Below, piece by piece: positions 37,738-51,001 of a stretch of 64,000 bases of DNA. Each line of letters begins with the position of its first letter. Within the stretch, counting starts at the first letter, position 1. Under the pieces are notes generated by a model that was not told the DNA's origin, ran no database searches, and worked only from the letters and a program-made list of their open reading frames with translations. The stretch comes from Mytilus edulis. Its lineage: Eukaryota. Where the stretch lies: positions 4,030,001 to 4,094,000 of the forward strand of contig NC_092349.1 in the NCBI RefSeq assembly GCF_963676685.1. Direction: 5' to 3'. Made by a program: the position numbers and the translations under genes.

Positions 37738-38903
37738 GTCCTTTGTAATATTCCATGTACTTTAATAGTTTCAGTATTGTGTTATAGTCCAATCCTTTAT
37801 TATTTTAACATGCGTATATGAATATATGAGTTTTGAGAACGGAAACTATAGATTAGGAAACAGTAGCTAAAGTTGACAATGTTCAAATCTCAAAAAACTG
37901 ATTAAAAAGATGCAATTTAAGATAAAAAAAAACTTAATCTGTAGGAATTACATTTTGAGACTATGTGCGTCTACTGGTTTAGTGGATACCATGCGATATC
38001 ACACTCAGTTAAAAATGTCACAACCAAGAATTGTACACTAATAGCTATTAAAAAAACTCAGATTTTTTTCGAAATACTAGGGATTTTTTACTACAAGAAT
38101 AGATTACCGTAACTGTATTTCGCAAAACCTTTCGAAATTTTGGGACGTCAATGCTCTTCAACTTCGTATTTTATTTGACCTTTTTAGTTTTTTTCATTCA
38201 GGCGTTACTGGTGAGATTTTTGTAGACAAAACGCGTCTGACATACACAGTTTCAATCATATTATATCAGATAAGGGTGAAGATTGGTACCTATTAAAATG
38301 TTTAAACTCGCTACATTTTTATTCACCTGTCTTATGTCAGGAGCCTATTATTCAGTGGTTGTTGTTTGCTGGTGTGGTTCATACGTGTGTTTCACTTCTC
38401 GTTTTTTATATAGATAAGACCGTTAGGTTTCCTGTTTAAATTGTTTTACACTTGTCATTTTGGGGACCTTTATAGTTTGCTGTTCATTGTGAGCCAAGGC
38501 TCCGTGTTGAAAGCCGTACTTTGACCTATAATCATTAACTTTTTTTGTTCATTGTGACTTTGATGGAGAGTTGTCTCATTTGCTCTCATACCACATTTCT
38601 TATCTAAATGATGAGTTTACGATAAAATTGCAGATAACACGACTTGTACAATTCGGTAGTCATTTAAGACACAGACACATCGTACTAACCAGGTTTGAGG
38701 TGTTAGTGAACTGATGGGAATGAGGATGGTGATTTCGAGATGAACGAAAAATAATTGTTAGGCTTGATTTGTATATTGTTGTTATATAAGTGTATGTGTA
38801 TGATATTGGCATGACACAACATAAAATTTCCTTTTAGTACTTCATGACATAAGATTAACATGGACAAATTTTTGCCCGACAATAAACAGTCCTTTCTATT
38901 ACA

Positions 38904-39040
38904 ATCGCCTTATATGGAAATGTAAGCAAATATCGAAAACAGTAAAAACATCGATCTAATGACAGGAAATAATGCATTTTTTTTTATCATCACTTATAAA
39001 TTATTGAGTTATAAATGAAAGTGGTTTCTTATTCCGTATG
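38904..39040 (+). promoter_or_regulatory. Conserved non-coding block upstream of the intact TLR, with CArG box CCTTATATGG (38908-38917)
   Basis: Colinear with 54765-54897 upstream of the other paralog; shared motifs ACAGGAAA and AATGAAAGT. Confidence 0.45.
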
Positions 39041-41862
39041 AAATAAAACTCAAACAATTTGTATAGCATTTCAGTTATGTACCCTGAGACCTACCATTTG
39101 CTTCGTTAACCATGGATCATAATATGGATAGCTGAATTAAGTAAGTAGGGATATTCATGATAAATAAAAAGTTACAAGTTATAAGTATCGTGGTATACTG
39201 ACTCTTACCTAACAAGTATTTTCAAGTTTGCATGTTTTTGGCGACTACCCATTTATTCATGTACGTAACTAAAAACAAAATACAGAATATTGTAGTATCC
39301 TATTTATTTATTTAGCCTTGTTATTGAACAGATACGAATGACTAGGGAAATAACTAGACTAAATTTGTGAGGAAAGTCAACTACCAGTTCAACTGCTATA
39401 TCTTTACCAAAATAAAAAGGTCTCTGTATCTGTATCGGAAATCTGATTAACATTATGAACATAATTTTACTTTATTCTATATTGGCATCACATTGGTGGC
39501 ATATTTATAAAGCTTTGGGTAGTATCGTTTAAATTTTCATTTTGATGGGAGTAACACTTTTTTCAATACTGACTGATTATTAAATGATGTGCATTAGATA
39601 CTTAGGAATATAATGAAACCGTGGTCTTTTTGATCGCGTGATTTGAATATAAAGTGGATCAAAAACATATTGATGTATTAAATAAGTCGACTGTCCTCGC
39701 TGAATAACAATGCACCACTCATTTTGAAAAGGTTGGAGGATTTTCCCCGATAAATATCACATTACCGACTAATTTGCCTGGGTTTAATCTATCCACATCT
39801 TTACCTTGTAGCCCGTATCCGTTTATAAGGTTGCAGTTTTGTAATTGACTGCTCCATAGGCTTACATGCAAAACAGCTGATCTTTGAAAATAAAAAAATA
39901 AAAATGCTACATAGAAAAAAAATTCATGTTCATTTCATGTATGTACAAATGTGAAATTGTGATTTAATCGAAAAAAGAGGGTCTTGCCACGAAGAATAAA
40001 AAATTACGCAATCCTGAAATCAAAACATTTTTTTATACTTTCTGTTTGCTATTTTTACTAGGCCGCACCACTTGCAGTAAACATGATATCCTTCCACTTT
40101 CCTGGATTGATATCCCAAAAAGATGCAGATTTTTTTTTAAAGTCTATATATATGTTTCAATTCAGCATCAACCTATAATCAAACAGAAAAAATTGAGTTC
40201 AGTAAAAAATTCAGAGAAAATTGCACTATTTTGTTTCCCTCCATGTTTTGACATGCACCGGAAACTGGAGTTGTAATACAAGACTGGATCCTATAACAAT
40301 AATGACATGTCTTAAAAAAGTAATTCATTTACTTAGTTTCATTAAGTAGCCATATTTGAACATAAAAAAATGCCATTAGAAGAACTATTTGACTTTAATA
40401 AAAATAACCCCACTATTAAAACAGTACCCCTTTCTGAAAACAGGCAAAATTTGGAAATTAGTCATGTCTACTGAATGATCTGTAAATCTCATTTTAGTCT
40501 GTCTTTATGAATATTTTCCTATTATTTGGATACTGTGGAGCTAGAAGAGTATTCTTGTCTATTATTTCTATTTTTTCCTTCTGTTTAAATGAACCACATT
40601 CAATAGTTTACCCCTCCCCTTTTTTCAATGAAATCTACCCAAGTGGGCCTCTTGTTTAAGTCAAAATTGAAAAACTACCCACAACTTTTTCATATTGAAG
40701 AATTTGCTACAATACAACTATCCGGATACAAGAAATATCCTACCTTTCTCTTTTTTTGACTATACTGGTCTGTATACATGCCTACTATATCATGGTTTTT
40801 AGACTGTACTTGACCCACCAATGCATATAAAATTTGAAATAAAATTCAAGAAAAAACAAAATGAATACTCAACTTGGTGTTTTTGGTTAAAATATTGATT
40901 ACTTGTCACACCTAATCACAAAAATCCTTGTCATGATAGATAGTTTAAGAAAAATTCTACTTTTTAAACAAATTTTTAATCCAAATATGGAAATTTCAAT
41001 TATCATGCCGCAGACAGAAAAGATGTATAGACTCATGAAAAATGAACATTTTGTTAAAATCTTTTTACCAAAAGTCCATTTTATACATATTCTACTTAAA
41101 TGTCAAAAATTGGGCCATGAAAAAAATAACCCTAAAGAAAAACATTACTTTTGTATGTAGCGGTCTCTTCAACTTTACTCTAAAATTCAATAAAACTGTG
41201 CAAAAAAAAATTCATCATAAGAAGATTTCATTGAGAAAAAATATTTCTATGTTCTTTTTAATTGAAAATCATGTATGTAATACCATCAAAATATCAATTT
41301 GCCTCAAACTGTTGTGCTTTATATCTTTTAATACTTTTGAATGGTGTCTAGTATAAAAATGCATAATTATTACATAATTTCAGTTTATTCAGTGTAACTT
41401 GATACCTTATGATTTTTTTCTCTTAAAAAGTTCTATAGGGAAAACGGTACTATTTATTCTGCCATAGGCGACAATACTAACATTTACTAAATTTACCAGT
41501 TTTTATAATAAAAACCTGGATAAAACAGTTTTGTGTGGTGTTAGTCTTTATTACTGTATCCAAATAGTATCATGACCAATTTCCAACGGAGCTTGTGTAT
41601 GTTATCCATGCCCACCGTCATTTTGCACCAAATTTATGAAATTTTGGAAGCCTTTTCGAATAATTCTCTAGAAAATATTTCAATAGGTTTTAAAATTTAT
41701 ATTGTAAATTTACACACTGCAGTTATTCATAGATAAATAAAAAAATATATTGTACCCTTACATCCAATCACAGCGCTCCTAAGTTGACTTCCTTCACCTG
41801 TCTTGGGTACACAAAAGGCCAACCTAATGCTGGGAAAATGTAATACTACCGTTTTTCCTTAA

Positions 41863-42439
41863 GGTAGATTCATGGTATACCGCCATCTTGGATTGTACAA
41901 TCACAGTACAAAATCCGTCTAGTTATTTGCCGAAATCTGCAAATTTGGAGACAGATTTGCAATTCAATGATTAGACTGTTTTTTCTATATTAAGAAAACT
42001 TGTGAATTAATTGTATTATACAAAAATATCTTAAAAATATATATTTTGTTTTGGTTTGAAAATCGTATTTAAGGGGAGATAACTCTTCTGGTACAAAATT
42101 GATACTGGGCTAATAGGGATTTTTTTTAATTTTTACTTATAGATAGAAAACAAGTTCGGTGACACCATGTTTTCTTTTTATTTTCTTAAAACATATCATG
42201 AAACCTATCTTCTCACAATTTATTTCAAAATTCAATCTCATAGAATTTTTTAATGCACACTCATGTGTTTTTTCATGAACAAACTAACCAAATTTTGGAA
42301 ATTTTCAACGACTCATAGCTTGAAAAATAGCACGGTGACCCATACTTTTTATTAAATTTTTGAAAAGAGCATAGTGAAATCTTCATTTTGGCAAATTATA
42401 AAAAAATCTGCCACAAAAAATATACACTTATGATCTACC
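41863..42439. mobile_element. TTAA-type MITE
   Basis: ttaa|ggtagattcat ... atgatctacc|ttca. Confidence 0.65.
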
Positions 42440-42895
42440 TTCAATCATGATGTTTTATCATTCTGGGTACACAAAAGTCCACATGAGCTACTTCCTTGCA
42501 GTGAACATATGAACAAATTACCCTATGCATGTTGCAGTCTTGTAATTGACTGCTCCATAGGCTTACATGATTTTTTAAAATTCTATATACATTTTTCAAT
42601 TCAGCATAAACTTATAATCAAACAGAAAAAAATTGAGTTCAGAAAAAAATTCAGACAAAAAATGCACTATTTTGTTTCCCTCCATGTTTTGACATGCACC
42701 GGAAATTGAAGTTGTAATTCAAGACTGGTACCTTTATACCGTTTCTAAATAGCAAGCTGCATATTCATGTTGACTTCTGTAATTAACGGAAATCTTTCGT
42801 TCGACCTGTTTGAAAAAAATGTAATTATCAAATCTGATACTTAATATATTTACTTTCAGATGTGTTTTTGTTGTTTAGTTGAAAGTGCTGGGAGA

Positions 42896-45451
42896 ATGTC
42901 AACATTTTATTGTATCACTCTTTTGCTCATTGCAACGGAAACGGTTCAGACTAAGAACAGAACTTTTCCTTGTCAGTTTGAGAGTCGTTGTGTGTGCTCA
43001 TTTACAAAGCAAAATTTGATTAAAGCCGACTGCGCTGCAAAATGGATTCGTGATATTCCAAAACTTCCCTCTGATTTGACAAACATATCGTTAGCGTTTA
43101 ACCACATTTATAGGATTGAAAATGGGACATTTGAAGCATGTGAATATCTTCTTTACTTGGATTTGTCATTTAATCAAATTCGGGAACTGAATTCAAGATC
43201 TTTTCACGGCCTTTCGAAATTGGAGACTTTGATTATCAGTAAAAACCGTATCGACAATTCTGCTATTTGGATAAATGTTTTCAAGCCATTAAAATCCTTA
43301 CTCCACCTTATTATGAAACACAATTTCAAACAACCCTTTTATCCCAATGTTTCACCTGTATTGAAGCTCAAAACTATACAAATCGATGCTGTGTCTAGTG
43401 GTAAGGATCCATTTGGTACTGAATATGAACATCTTCGTTTCCTTCAAGATGTGGACATATCTGGATCTTCGGGATATTGCAAGCTGAAAGTTCTTTCACC
43501 AGATACATTCAAATATATTCCTTATGTTCAACGACTAGATTTGAGCGAGTGCGGTATCAATGCGATTTTGAGGGGAACCTTCAGAGGTCTAGTTCATTTG
43601 AAATATCTTGATTTGTCGTTCAACAGATGCCTGAAATTTCGAGGACTAGCTAATGTCACCTATGATCTGCCATCAACTTCATTAGAAATTTTAAGAATCA
43701 ATAAAATCCATCAAACTTTTGACTTGAATACAGTACTAACTAAGTGCGTACTTAAGCCTCTGGAAAGTACCAATATAACAGAAATATCTCTTAACAGCAA
43801 CCGGTTGCAGCTACTCGAACAAGGAGCTATCGATTTTTTACCAAAATCTCTAAAAATGTTGTCAGTCGCTGACAACGAATTTAGTTTTTCTGGTGCATAC
43901 ATTTATGATGTAATTAAATTATTCGTTCACGAAGTAAACATATCACATATGGGAATGTCACATTACTTGAAGAACCCGGATGAATCTTGTGATCATACAC
44001 TCGAAACTCCATCACGTTGCAGTTACAACCCCGACATGGACACGAACGTTGCAATCAAAACGCCCAACTTGAACAATGATATCAGCAACTCCCTTTTTAG
44101 TTTGTTTGATGATGATATAGTGTTGATTCCCTATCAATTGAGAAAACTTCACTTGAGAGAATGCAAGTTACGGTATTATCTCCCTTACATTAGGTTTTCA
44201 AATAACATGCTGGAGTATGTCGATTTCTCTTCCAATACCTTTTATGACTGGCAAGGTCCACTCGATAATCTAGATCAATTGAAATTCTTAAACTTATCAA
44301 GTAACTATTGTTCAGATGTCTCTAATGCATTCTTTGCAGGCATGACAAACCTTACAACACTATTAGTGCAAAGCAACCTATTAGGATTTGTAATACCGAG
44401 CGATAAGTACGGCCAGATACTAGCACCACTCATTCACCTTCAAGTGCTAGATTTATCTGACAACAGAATCCCAAGCTTGCCATCAGCATTTTTTAAAGCC
44501 CAAACACAGCTACAAAAATTAAATTTGAGCGGGAATATGCTTGAAACTACCACATTCGAAATAAGACACATGAACCAACTTTCATATTTAGACATATCAA
44601 ACAACAGACTTTCCGTTTTGGATCCTTTTTTTACAAAACAGTTAGATCACATCTCAAAAACCGTTCCTAACCTGACTGTTGAATTATCGGGTAATCCCAT
44701 TAAATGTTCATGCGAATCAATTGAGTTTATTCAGTGGTTGTCAATTACAAAGGTTCATGTTCAAAACTTGTTGCATCAAGATTGTCGATCTCTTGAAATG
44801 CATCTGAATAGTTCAAAAGTCATTTACGAATATTTGAAGAAAAAATGCTCCTCATATACGACAACAATTGTCGCTGTCGGATCATGGGTAGCCATTTTTG
44901 CATTTGTCATAATTGCTGGAATTATTTATCGCTACAGATGGAAGATTCGTTATGCCTATTACATAGTGAAAGGCAAACATCATGGTCAAATTAAACCTCT
45001 TAGAACATATGGTGATTTCCAGTATGATGCCTTCGTTTCTTACGCTGACGAAGATTGTACATTTGTTCATACAAAGTTGCTTAAACATTTGGAGGACGAT
45101 CGAAATATACGTTGTTGTGTTCACAAAAGAGACTTTTTAGCTGGAAATGATATCGCAACTAATATAACATCAGCCGTTCATAACAGCAGAAAAACGATCG
45201 TAATAATGTCACACCACTTTCTCGAATCTGATTGGTGTTTATTTGAATTCAATATGGCAAAAATGGAGAGTATCTATTCAAGAAGTAAAGAAAACATTAT
45301 ATTGCTCGTGTTCCTTGAACAAATGTCATCTAAAGATCTTCCGTTGAATATTTTGGAATTGATTCAATCCAAATCTTACATAGAATATCCAAACGATGAA
45401 TATGGGGATGTCGTATTTTGGGATAAACTCACGGAAACTTTGGCTAGCTGA
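42896..45451 (+). CDS. Intact Toll-like receptor with a single coding exon (851 aa from MSTFY; alternative ATG at 42860)
   Basis: Signal peptide, LRRNT (CQFESRCVC..DC), many LxxLxLxxN repeats, LRRCT (NPIKCSC), TM (TIVAVGSWVAIFAFVIIAGII), and TIR box1 YDAFVSY, box2 HKRDFLAG, box3 FWDKL. Acceptor tttactttcag ends at 42859. Confidence 0.96.
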   Translation: MSTFYCITLLLIATETVQTKNRTFPCQFESRCVCSFTKQNLIKADCAAKWIRDIPKLPSDLTNISLAFNHIYRIENGTFEACEYLLYLDLSFNQIRELNSRSFHGLSKLETLIISKNRIDNSAIWINVFKPLKSLLHLIMKHNFKQPFYPNVSPVLKLKTIQIDAVSSGKDPFGTEYEHLRFLQDVDISGSSGYCKLKVLSPDTFKYIPYVQRLDLSECGINAILRGTFRGLVHLKYLDLSFNRCLKFRGLANVTYDLPSTSLEILRINKIHQTFDLNTVLTKCVLKPLESTNITEISLNSNRLQLLEQGAIDFLPKSLKMLSVADNEFSFSGAYIYDVIKLFVHEVNISHMGMSHYLKNPDESCDHTLETPSRCSYNPDMDTNVAIKTPNLNNDISNSLFSLFDDDIVLIPYQLRKLHLRECKLRYYLPYIRFSNNMLEYVDFSSNTFYDWQGPLDNLDQLKFLNLSSNYCSDVSNAFFAGMTNLTTLLVQSNLLGFVIPSDKYGQILAPLIHLQVLDLSDNRIPSLPSAFFKAQTQLQKLNLSGNMLETTTFEIRHMNQLSYLDISNNRLSVLDPFFTKQLDHISKTVPNLTVELSGNPIKCSCESIEFIQWLSITKVHVQNLLHQDCRSLEMHLNSSKVIYEYLKKKCSSYTTTIVAVGSWVAIFAFVIIAGIIYRYRWKIRYAYYIVKGKHHGQIKPLRTYGDFQYDAFVSYADEDCTFVHTKLLKHLEDDRNIRCCVHKRDFLAGNDIATNITSAVHNSRKTIVIMSHHFLESDWCLFEFNMAKMESIYSRSKENIILLVFLEQMSSKDLPLNILELIQSKSYIEYPNDEYGDVVFWDKLTETLAS

Positions 45452-47290
45452 TAGCTCATAACAGTAATACATAATATACATAAACCTTTAATTTTCCCGT
45501 TTAAATAAAGGATAAAAAAAACTAGCTGTCCATGTCCTTGATGTTAACGTTCAGGATGAATTAACAGTTCCCCATTTTTCAGATTATTTCATCACACCTA
45601 CGCGTTTCAGCATGCAATGACATCCCACCTTTTAATAGTGTATTTGTTTAGCTCAACTATTGTATTTGTATATATATGTAATTTTCATTGCGAACTTGTA
45701 TTTAGTATTAAGAGAATACAATATCTACTAGTATATATCTTTCTATCTATCTAATAGACTTGTTTATCTTCATTATCGAAACAAAACTTTGCAGAGATAC
45801 AGGTATATTTTTAATTTTACAAAATATAAACTTTATGCTGTGTTGGCTTCGCACGCAGACTTTTGTGGAAATTCTGAAATAAATCATGCGGTTTAACAGA
45901 CCTATTGATAGATGTAGTAACACAATCGCCAAAACTCGGCCGATTCCGTACCTCATAAGGAGAGAAGCGAAGTCACCCGAGGATTGCCGATTGTGTAGTA
46001 ACATACATAGTGTTTGATTGGTTTCGTTACATTTGGCACAAAACTGATTTATCAAAAACCTCTTTATTTCATTGCATTTCGAAAATAAAAATCCAGTATA
46101 AAATTTGACTTTTGTCAGTGCATGACAACGTATTCTTCTGAATTTCTTTATGACTTTGCCTTGTTGTATCTAATAGAGGATCACCTGTGTCTATCTTTAT
46201 AATACTTACTTTATTGATTAAAATAAGCATTTCCAGCCTTTTTGTTTTTATTATACATGATTTCTTTGTTCATCGTTATACTAAATGGTTCAAGTTAACT
46301 CATCATAGATACCAGGACTAAATGTGTATATGTAACAAAATATTTGTTCCGGCGTGACATTAGTTCCGCTGGAACAAATTTCATAAGAAATATGTTCCAC
46401 TGGAACTTATGTCACAGAAAACATGTTCCAGCACTATAAAATTTGTTCCGGAACTAATTTTTTAACCAAGTGTAAAATAAGTTCCGGAACAAAAACCATA
46501 GCACCACGAGTTTTGTTCGAATATTTAAATTTAAAAAAATAAGTGAAATAAGTTCCTGTGATATTAGTTTTAATAATAATAATAATAATAATGAAAATTT
46601 ATAGAGCGCCCTATATAAAAAATAAAAATTACTCAAATGCGCTGTACTTTCAGCATGGTAATAACAACAAATCAAAGACAATTGACTGCTCCATAGGCTT
46701 ACATGCAAAATAGCTGATCTTTGAAAATAAAAAAATAAAAATGCTACATAGAAAAAAATTTTCATGTTCATGTCATGTATGTACAAATGTGAAATTGTGA
46801 TTTAATCGAAAAAAGAGGGTCTTGCCACGAAGAATAAAAAATTACGCAATCCTGAAATCAAAACATTTTTTTCTACTTTCTGTTTGCTATTTTTACTAGG
46901 CCGCACCACTTGCAGTAAACATGATATCCTTCCAATTTCCTGGATTGATATCCCCAAAAGATGCAAGATATTTTAAAATTCTATATACATTTTTTCAATT
47001 CAGCATAAACCTATAATCAAACAGAAAAAAATTGAGTTCAGAAAAAAATTCAGACAAAAATGCACTATTTTGTTTCCCTCCATGTTTTGACATGCACCGG
47101 AAATTGAAGTTGTAATTCAAGACTGGCACCTTTATACCGTTTCTAAATAGCAAGCTGCATATTCATGACTTCTGTAATTAACGGAAATCTTTCGTTCGAC
47201 CTGTTTGAAAAAAATGTAATTATCAAATCTGATACTTAATATATTTACTTTCAGATGTGTTTTTGTTATTTAGTTGAAAGTGCTGGGAGA

Positions 47291-49835
47291 ATGTCAACAT
47301 TTTATTGTATCACTCTTTTGCTCATTGCAACGGAAACGGTTCAGACTAAGAACAGAACTTTTCCTTGTCAGTTTGAGAGTCGTTGTGTGTGCTCATTTAC
47401 AAAGCAAAATTTGATTAAAGCCGACTGCGCTGCAAAATGGATTCGTGATATTCCAAAACTTCCCTCTGATTTGACAAACATATCGTTAGCGTTTAACCTC
47501 ATTTACAGGATTGAAAATGGGACATTTGAAGCATGTGAATATCTTCTTTACTTGGATTTGTCATTTAATCAAATTCGGGAACTGAATTCAAGATCTTTTC
47601 ACGGCCTTTCGAAATTGGAGACTTTGATTATCAGTAAAAACCGTATCGACAATTCTGCTATTTGGATAAATGTTTTCAAGCCATTAAAATCCTTACTCCA
47701 CCTTATTATGAAACACAATTTCAAACAACCCTTTTATCCCAATTTTTCACCTGTATTGAAGCTCAAAACTATACAAATCGATGCTGTGTCTAGTGGTAAG
47801 GATCCATTTGGTACTGAATATGAACATCTTCGTTTCCTTCAAGATGTGGACATATCTGGATCTTCGGGATATTGCAAGCTGAAAGTTCTTTCACCAGATA
47901 CATTCAAATATATTCCTTATGTTCAACGACTAGATTTGAGCGAGTGCGGTATCAATGCGATTTTGAGGAGAACCTTCAGAGGTCTAGTTCATTTGAAATA
48001 TCTTGATTTGTCGTTCAACAGATGCCTGAAATTTCGAGGACTAGCTAATGTCACATATGATCTGCCATCAACTTCATTAGAAATTTTAAGAATCAATAAA
48101 ATCCATCAAACTTTTGACTTGAATACAGTACTAACTAAGTGCGTACTTAAGCCTCTCGAAAGTACCAATATAACAGAAATATCTCTTAACAGCAACCGGT
48201 TGCAGCTACTCGAACAAGGAGCTATCGATTTCCTACCAAAATCTCTAAAAATGGTGTCAGTCGCTGACAACGAATTTAGTTTTTATGGTGCATACATTTA
48301 TGATGTAATTAAATTATTCGTTCACGAAGTAAACATATCATATATGGGAATGTCACATTACTTGAAGAACCCGGATGAATCTTGTGATCATACACTCGAA
48401 ACTCCTTCACGTTGCAGTTAAAACCCCCACGTGTACACGAACGTTGCAATCAAAACGTCCAACTTGAACAATGATATCAGCAACTCCCTTTTTAGTTTGT
48501 TTGATGATGATATAGTGTTGATTCCCTATCAATTGAGAAAACTTCACTTGAGAGAATGCAAGTTACGGTATTATCTCCCTTACATTAGGTTTTCAAATAA
48601 CATGCTGGAGTATGTCGATTTCTCTTCCAATACCTTTTATGACTGGCAAGGTCCACTCGATAATCTAGATCAATTGAAATTCTTAAACTTATCAAGTAAC
48701 TATTGTTCAGATGTCTCTAATGCATTCTTTGCAGGCATGACAAACCTTACAACACTATTAGTGCAAAGCAACCTATTAGGATTTGTAATACCGAGCGATA
48801 AGTACGGCCAGATACTAGCACCACTCATTCACCTTCAAGTGCTAGATTTATCTGACAACAGAATCCCAAGCTTGCCATCAGCATTTTTTAAAGCCCAAAC
48901 ACAGCTACAAAAATTAAATTTGAGCGGGAATATGCTTGAAACTACCACATTCGAAATAAGACACATGAACCAACTTTCATATTTAGACATATCAAACAAT
49001 AGACTTTCCGTTTTGGACTCTCTTTTTACAAGACAGTGAGATCACATCTCAAAAACCGTTCCTATCCTGACTGTTGAATTATCGGGTAATCCCATTAAAT
49101 GTTCATGCGAATCAATTGAGTTTATTCAATGGTTATCAATTACAAAGGTTCATGTTCAAAACTTGTTGCATCAAGATTGTCGATCTCTTCAAATGCATCT
49201 GAATAGTTCAAAAGTCATTTACGAATATTTGAAGATGAAATGCTCCTCATATACGACAACAATTGTCGCTGTCGGATCATGGGTGGCAATTTTTGCATTT
49301 GTCATAATTGCTGGAATTATTTATCGCTACAGATGGAAGCTTCGTTATGCCTATTACAGAGTGAAAGGCAAACATCATGGTCAAATCAAACCTCTTAGAA
49401 CATATGGTGATTTCCAGTATGATGCCTTCGTTTCTTACGCTGACGAAGATTGTACATTTGTTCATACAAAGTTACTTAAACATTTGGAGGACGATCGAAA
49501 TATACTTTGTTGTGTTCACAAAAGAGACTTTTTAGCTGGAAATGATATTGCAACTAATATAGCATCAGCCGTTCATAACAGCAGAAAAACGATCGTAATA
49601 ATGTCACAACACTTTCTCGAATCTGATTGGTGTTTATTTGAATTCAATATGGCAAAAATGTAGAGTATCTATTCAAGAAGTAAAGAAAACATTATATTTC
49701 TCGTGTTCCTTGAACAAAGATCTTCCGTTGAATATTTTGAAATTGATTCAATCCAAATCCTACATAGAATATCCAAACGATGAATATGGGGATGTCGTAA
49801 ATTGGGATAAACTCACGGAAACGTTGGCTAGCTGA
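47291..49835 (+). pseudogene. Recent duplicate of the intact TLR with three nonsense mutations and an 11-bp deletion
   Basis: Near-identical to 42896-45451. TAC>TAA at 48419-48421, TTA>TGA at 49037-49039, GAG>TAG at 49661-49663, and loss of tgtcatctaaa at ~49718. Confidence 0.93.
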
Positions 49836-50195
49836 TAGCTAATAACAGTAATACATAATATACATAAACCTTTAATTTTCCCGTTTAAATAAAGGCTAAA
49901 GAAAATAACTGTCCATGTCCTTGATGTTAACATTCATGATGAATTAACAGTTTCCAATTTTTCAGATTATTCCATCACATCTACGCGTATCAGCATGCAA
50001 TGACATCCCACCTTTTAATATTGCATTTGTTTAGCTCAACTATTGTATTTGTATATATATATATATATGTATTTTTCTTTGCGAACTTGTATTTAGTTTT
50101 AAGAAAATAAAATATCTACTAGTATATATCTTTCTATCTATCTAATAGACTTGTTTATCTTCATTATCGAAACAAAACTTTGCAGAGATACAGAT

Positions 50196-51001
50196 CAGAG
50201 ATGGGTCCGATTACTTTCAATGTATTTGATTAAATTACAATTACTTTGTCATTTGTACGATTAAATTCAATTAACAATTACATAATTTCTGAAAGTGGCT
50301 GATTAAATTAATGATTACATTGCCAAAGTAAATAAAAGGATTAGGTTTGATATAATATAAAATAATAACTTTAAACCTCATCTTTTTAATAAACCACGAA
50401 AGTTCACTACAAACATGAACATTGTGTCACTGGTTTGACCCATTACACTTCATCATGATTGATCTCTGAATTATTTTGACTTCAATTGAATAAAGCTTTA
50501 TACAGAGTTTGCTGTTTGTCTTCTAATCTCTTCCAAACTAAATATGTAATTCAAGGTGCAGTTTATAGAAGTTAAAATATGAATGATATAAAGTTACCAG
50601 TAAAAATCTATGTAATTTTTTTATAGAATTGTTGTCTCTTCTTAGGATAATGATAACTTTTCAATACTGTAACAGTTTATTTTTTGCTGAAGTATACAAA
50701 TCAATCAAAATGCTTTATAAAGTAAACCAAACTATCTTAACATGTAAAATATTTATTAAAAAAAAATTTAATTTCTTGACCATAAACACAGTTTAAAAAA
50801 ATCATTGTAATCGGAATGTAATCGGAATGTAATCAAAATGTAATCAGGATTACAGAGTATTGAAAAGTACAAATGTAATTGATTAAATAAATTACATGTA
50901 ATCATATTTTTGGCAGCTGATTGATGATTACAATGATTACTTGAAAAATTGTAATCAATTACAGCTGATTAATGATTACAATTACAAATACCCCAAGTCT
51001 G
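50196..51001. mobile_element. hAT-type non-autonomous element
   Basis: 8-bp TSD ATACAGAT (50188-50195 and 51002-51009); TIRs cagagatggg / cccaagtctg; subterminal gattaca/tgtaatc motifs. Absent from the paralogous flank at ~45797-45805. Confidence 0.88.

Noticed and set aside
39738-39748. kB-like site GGATTTTCCCC upstream of the TLR
   Set aside because: Single imperfect match, not seen at the paralogous position.
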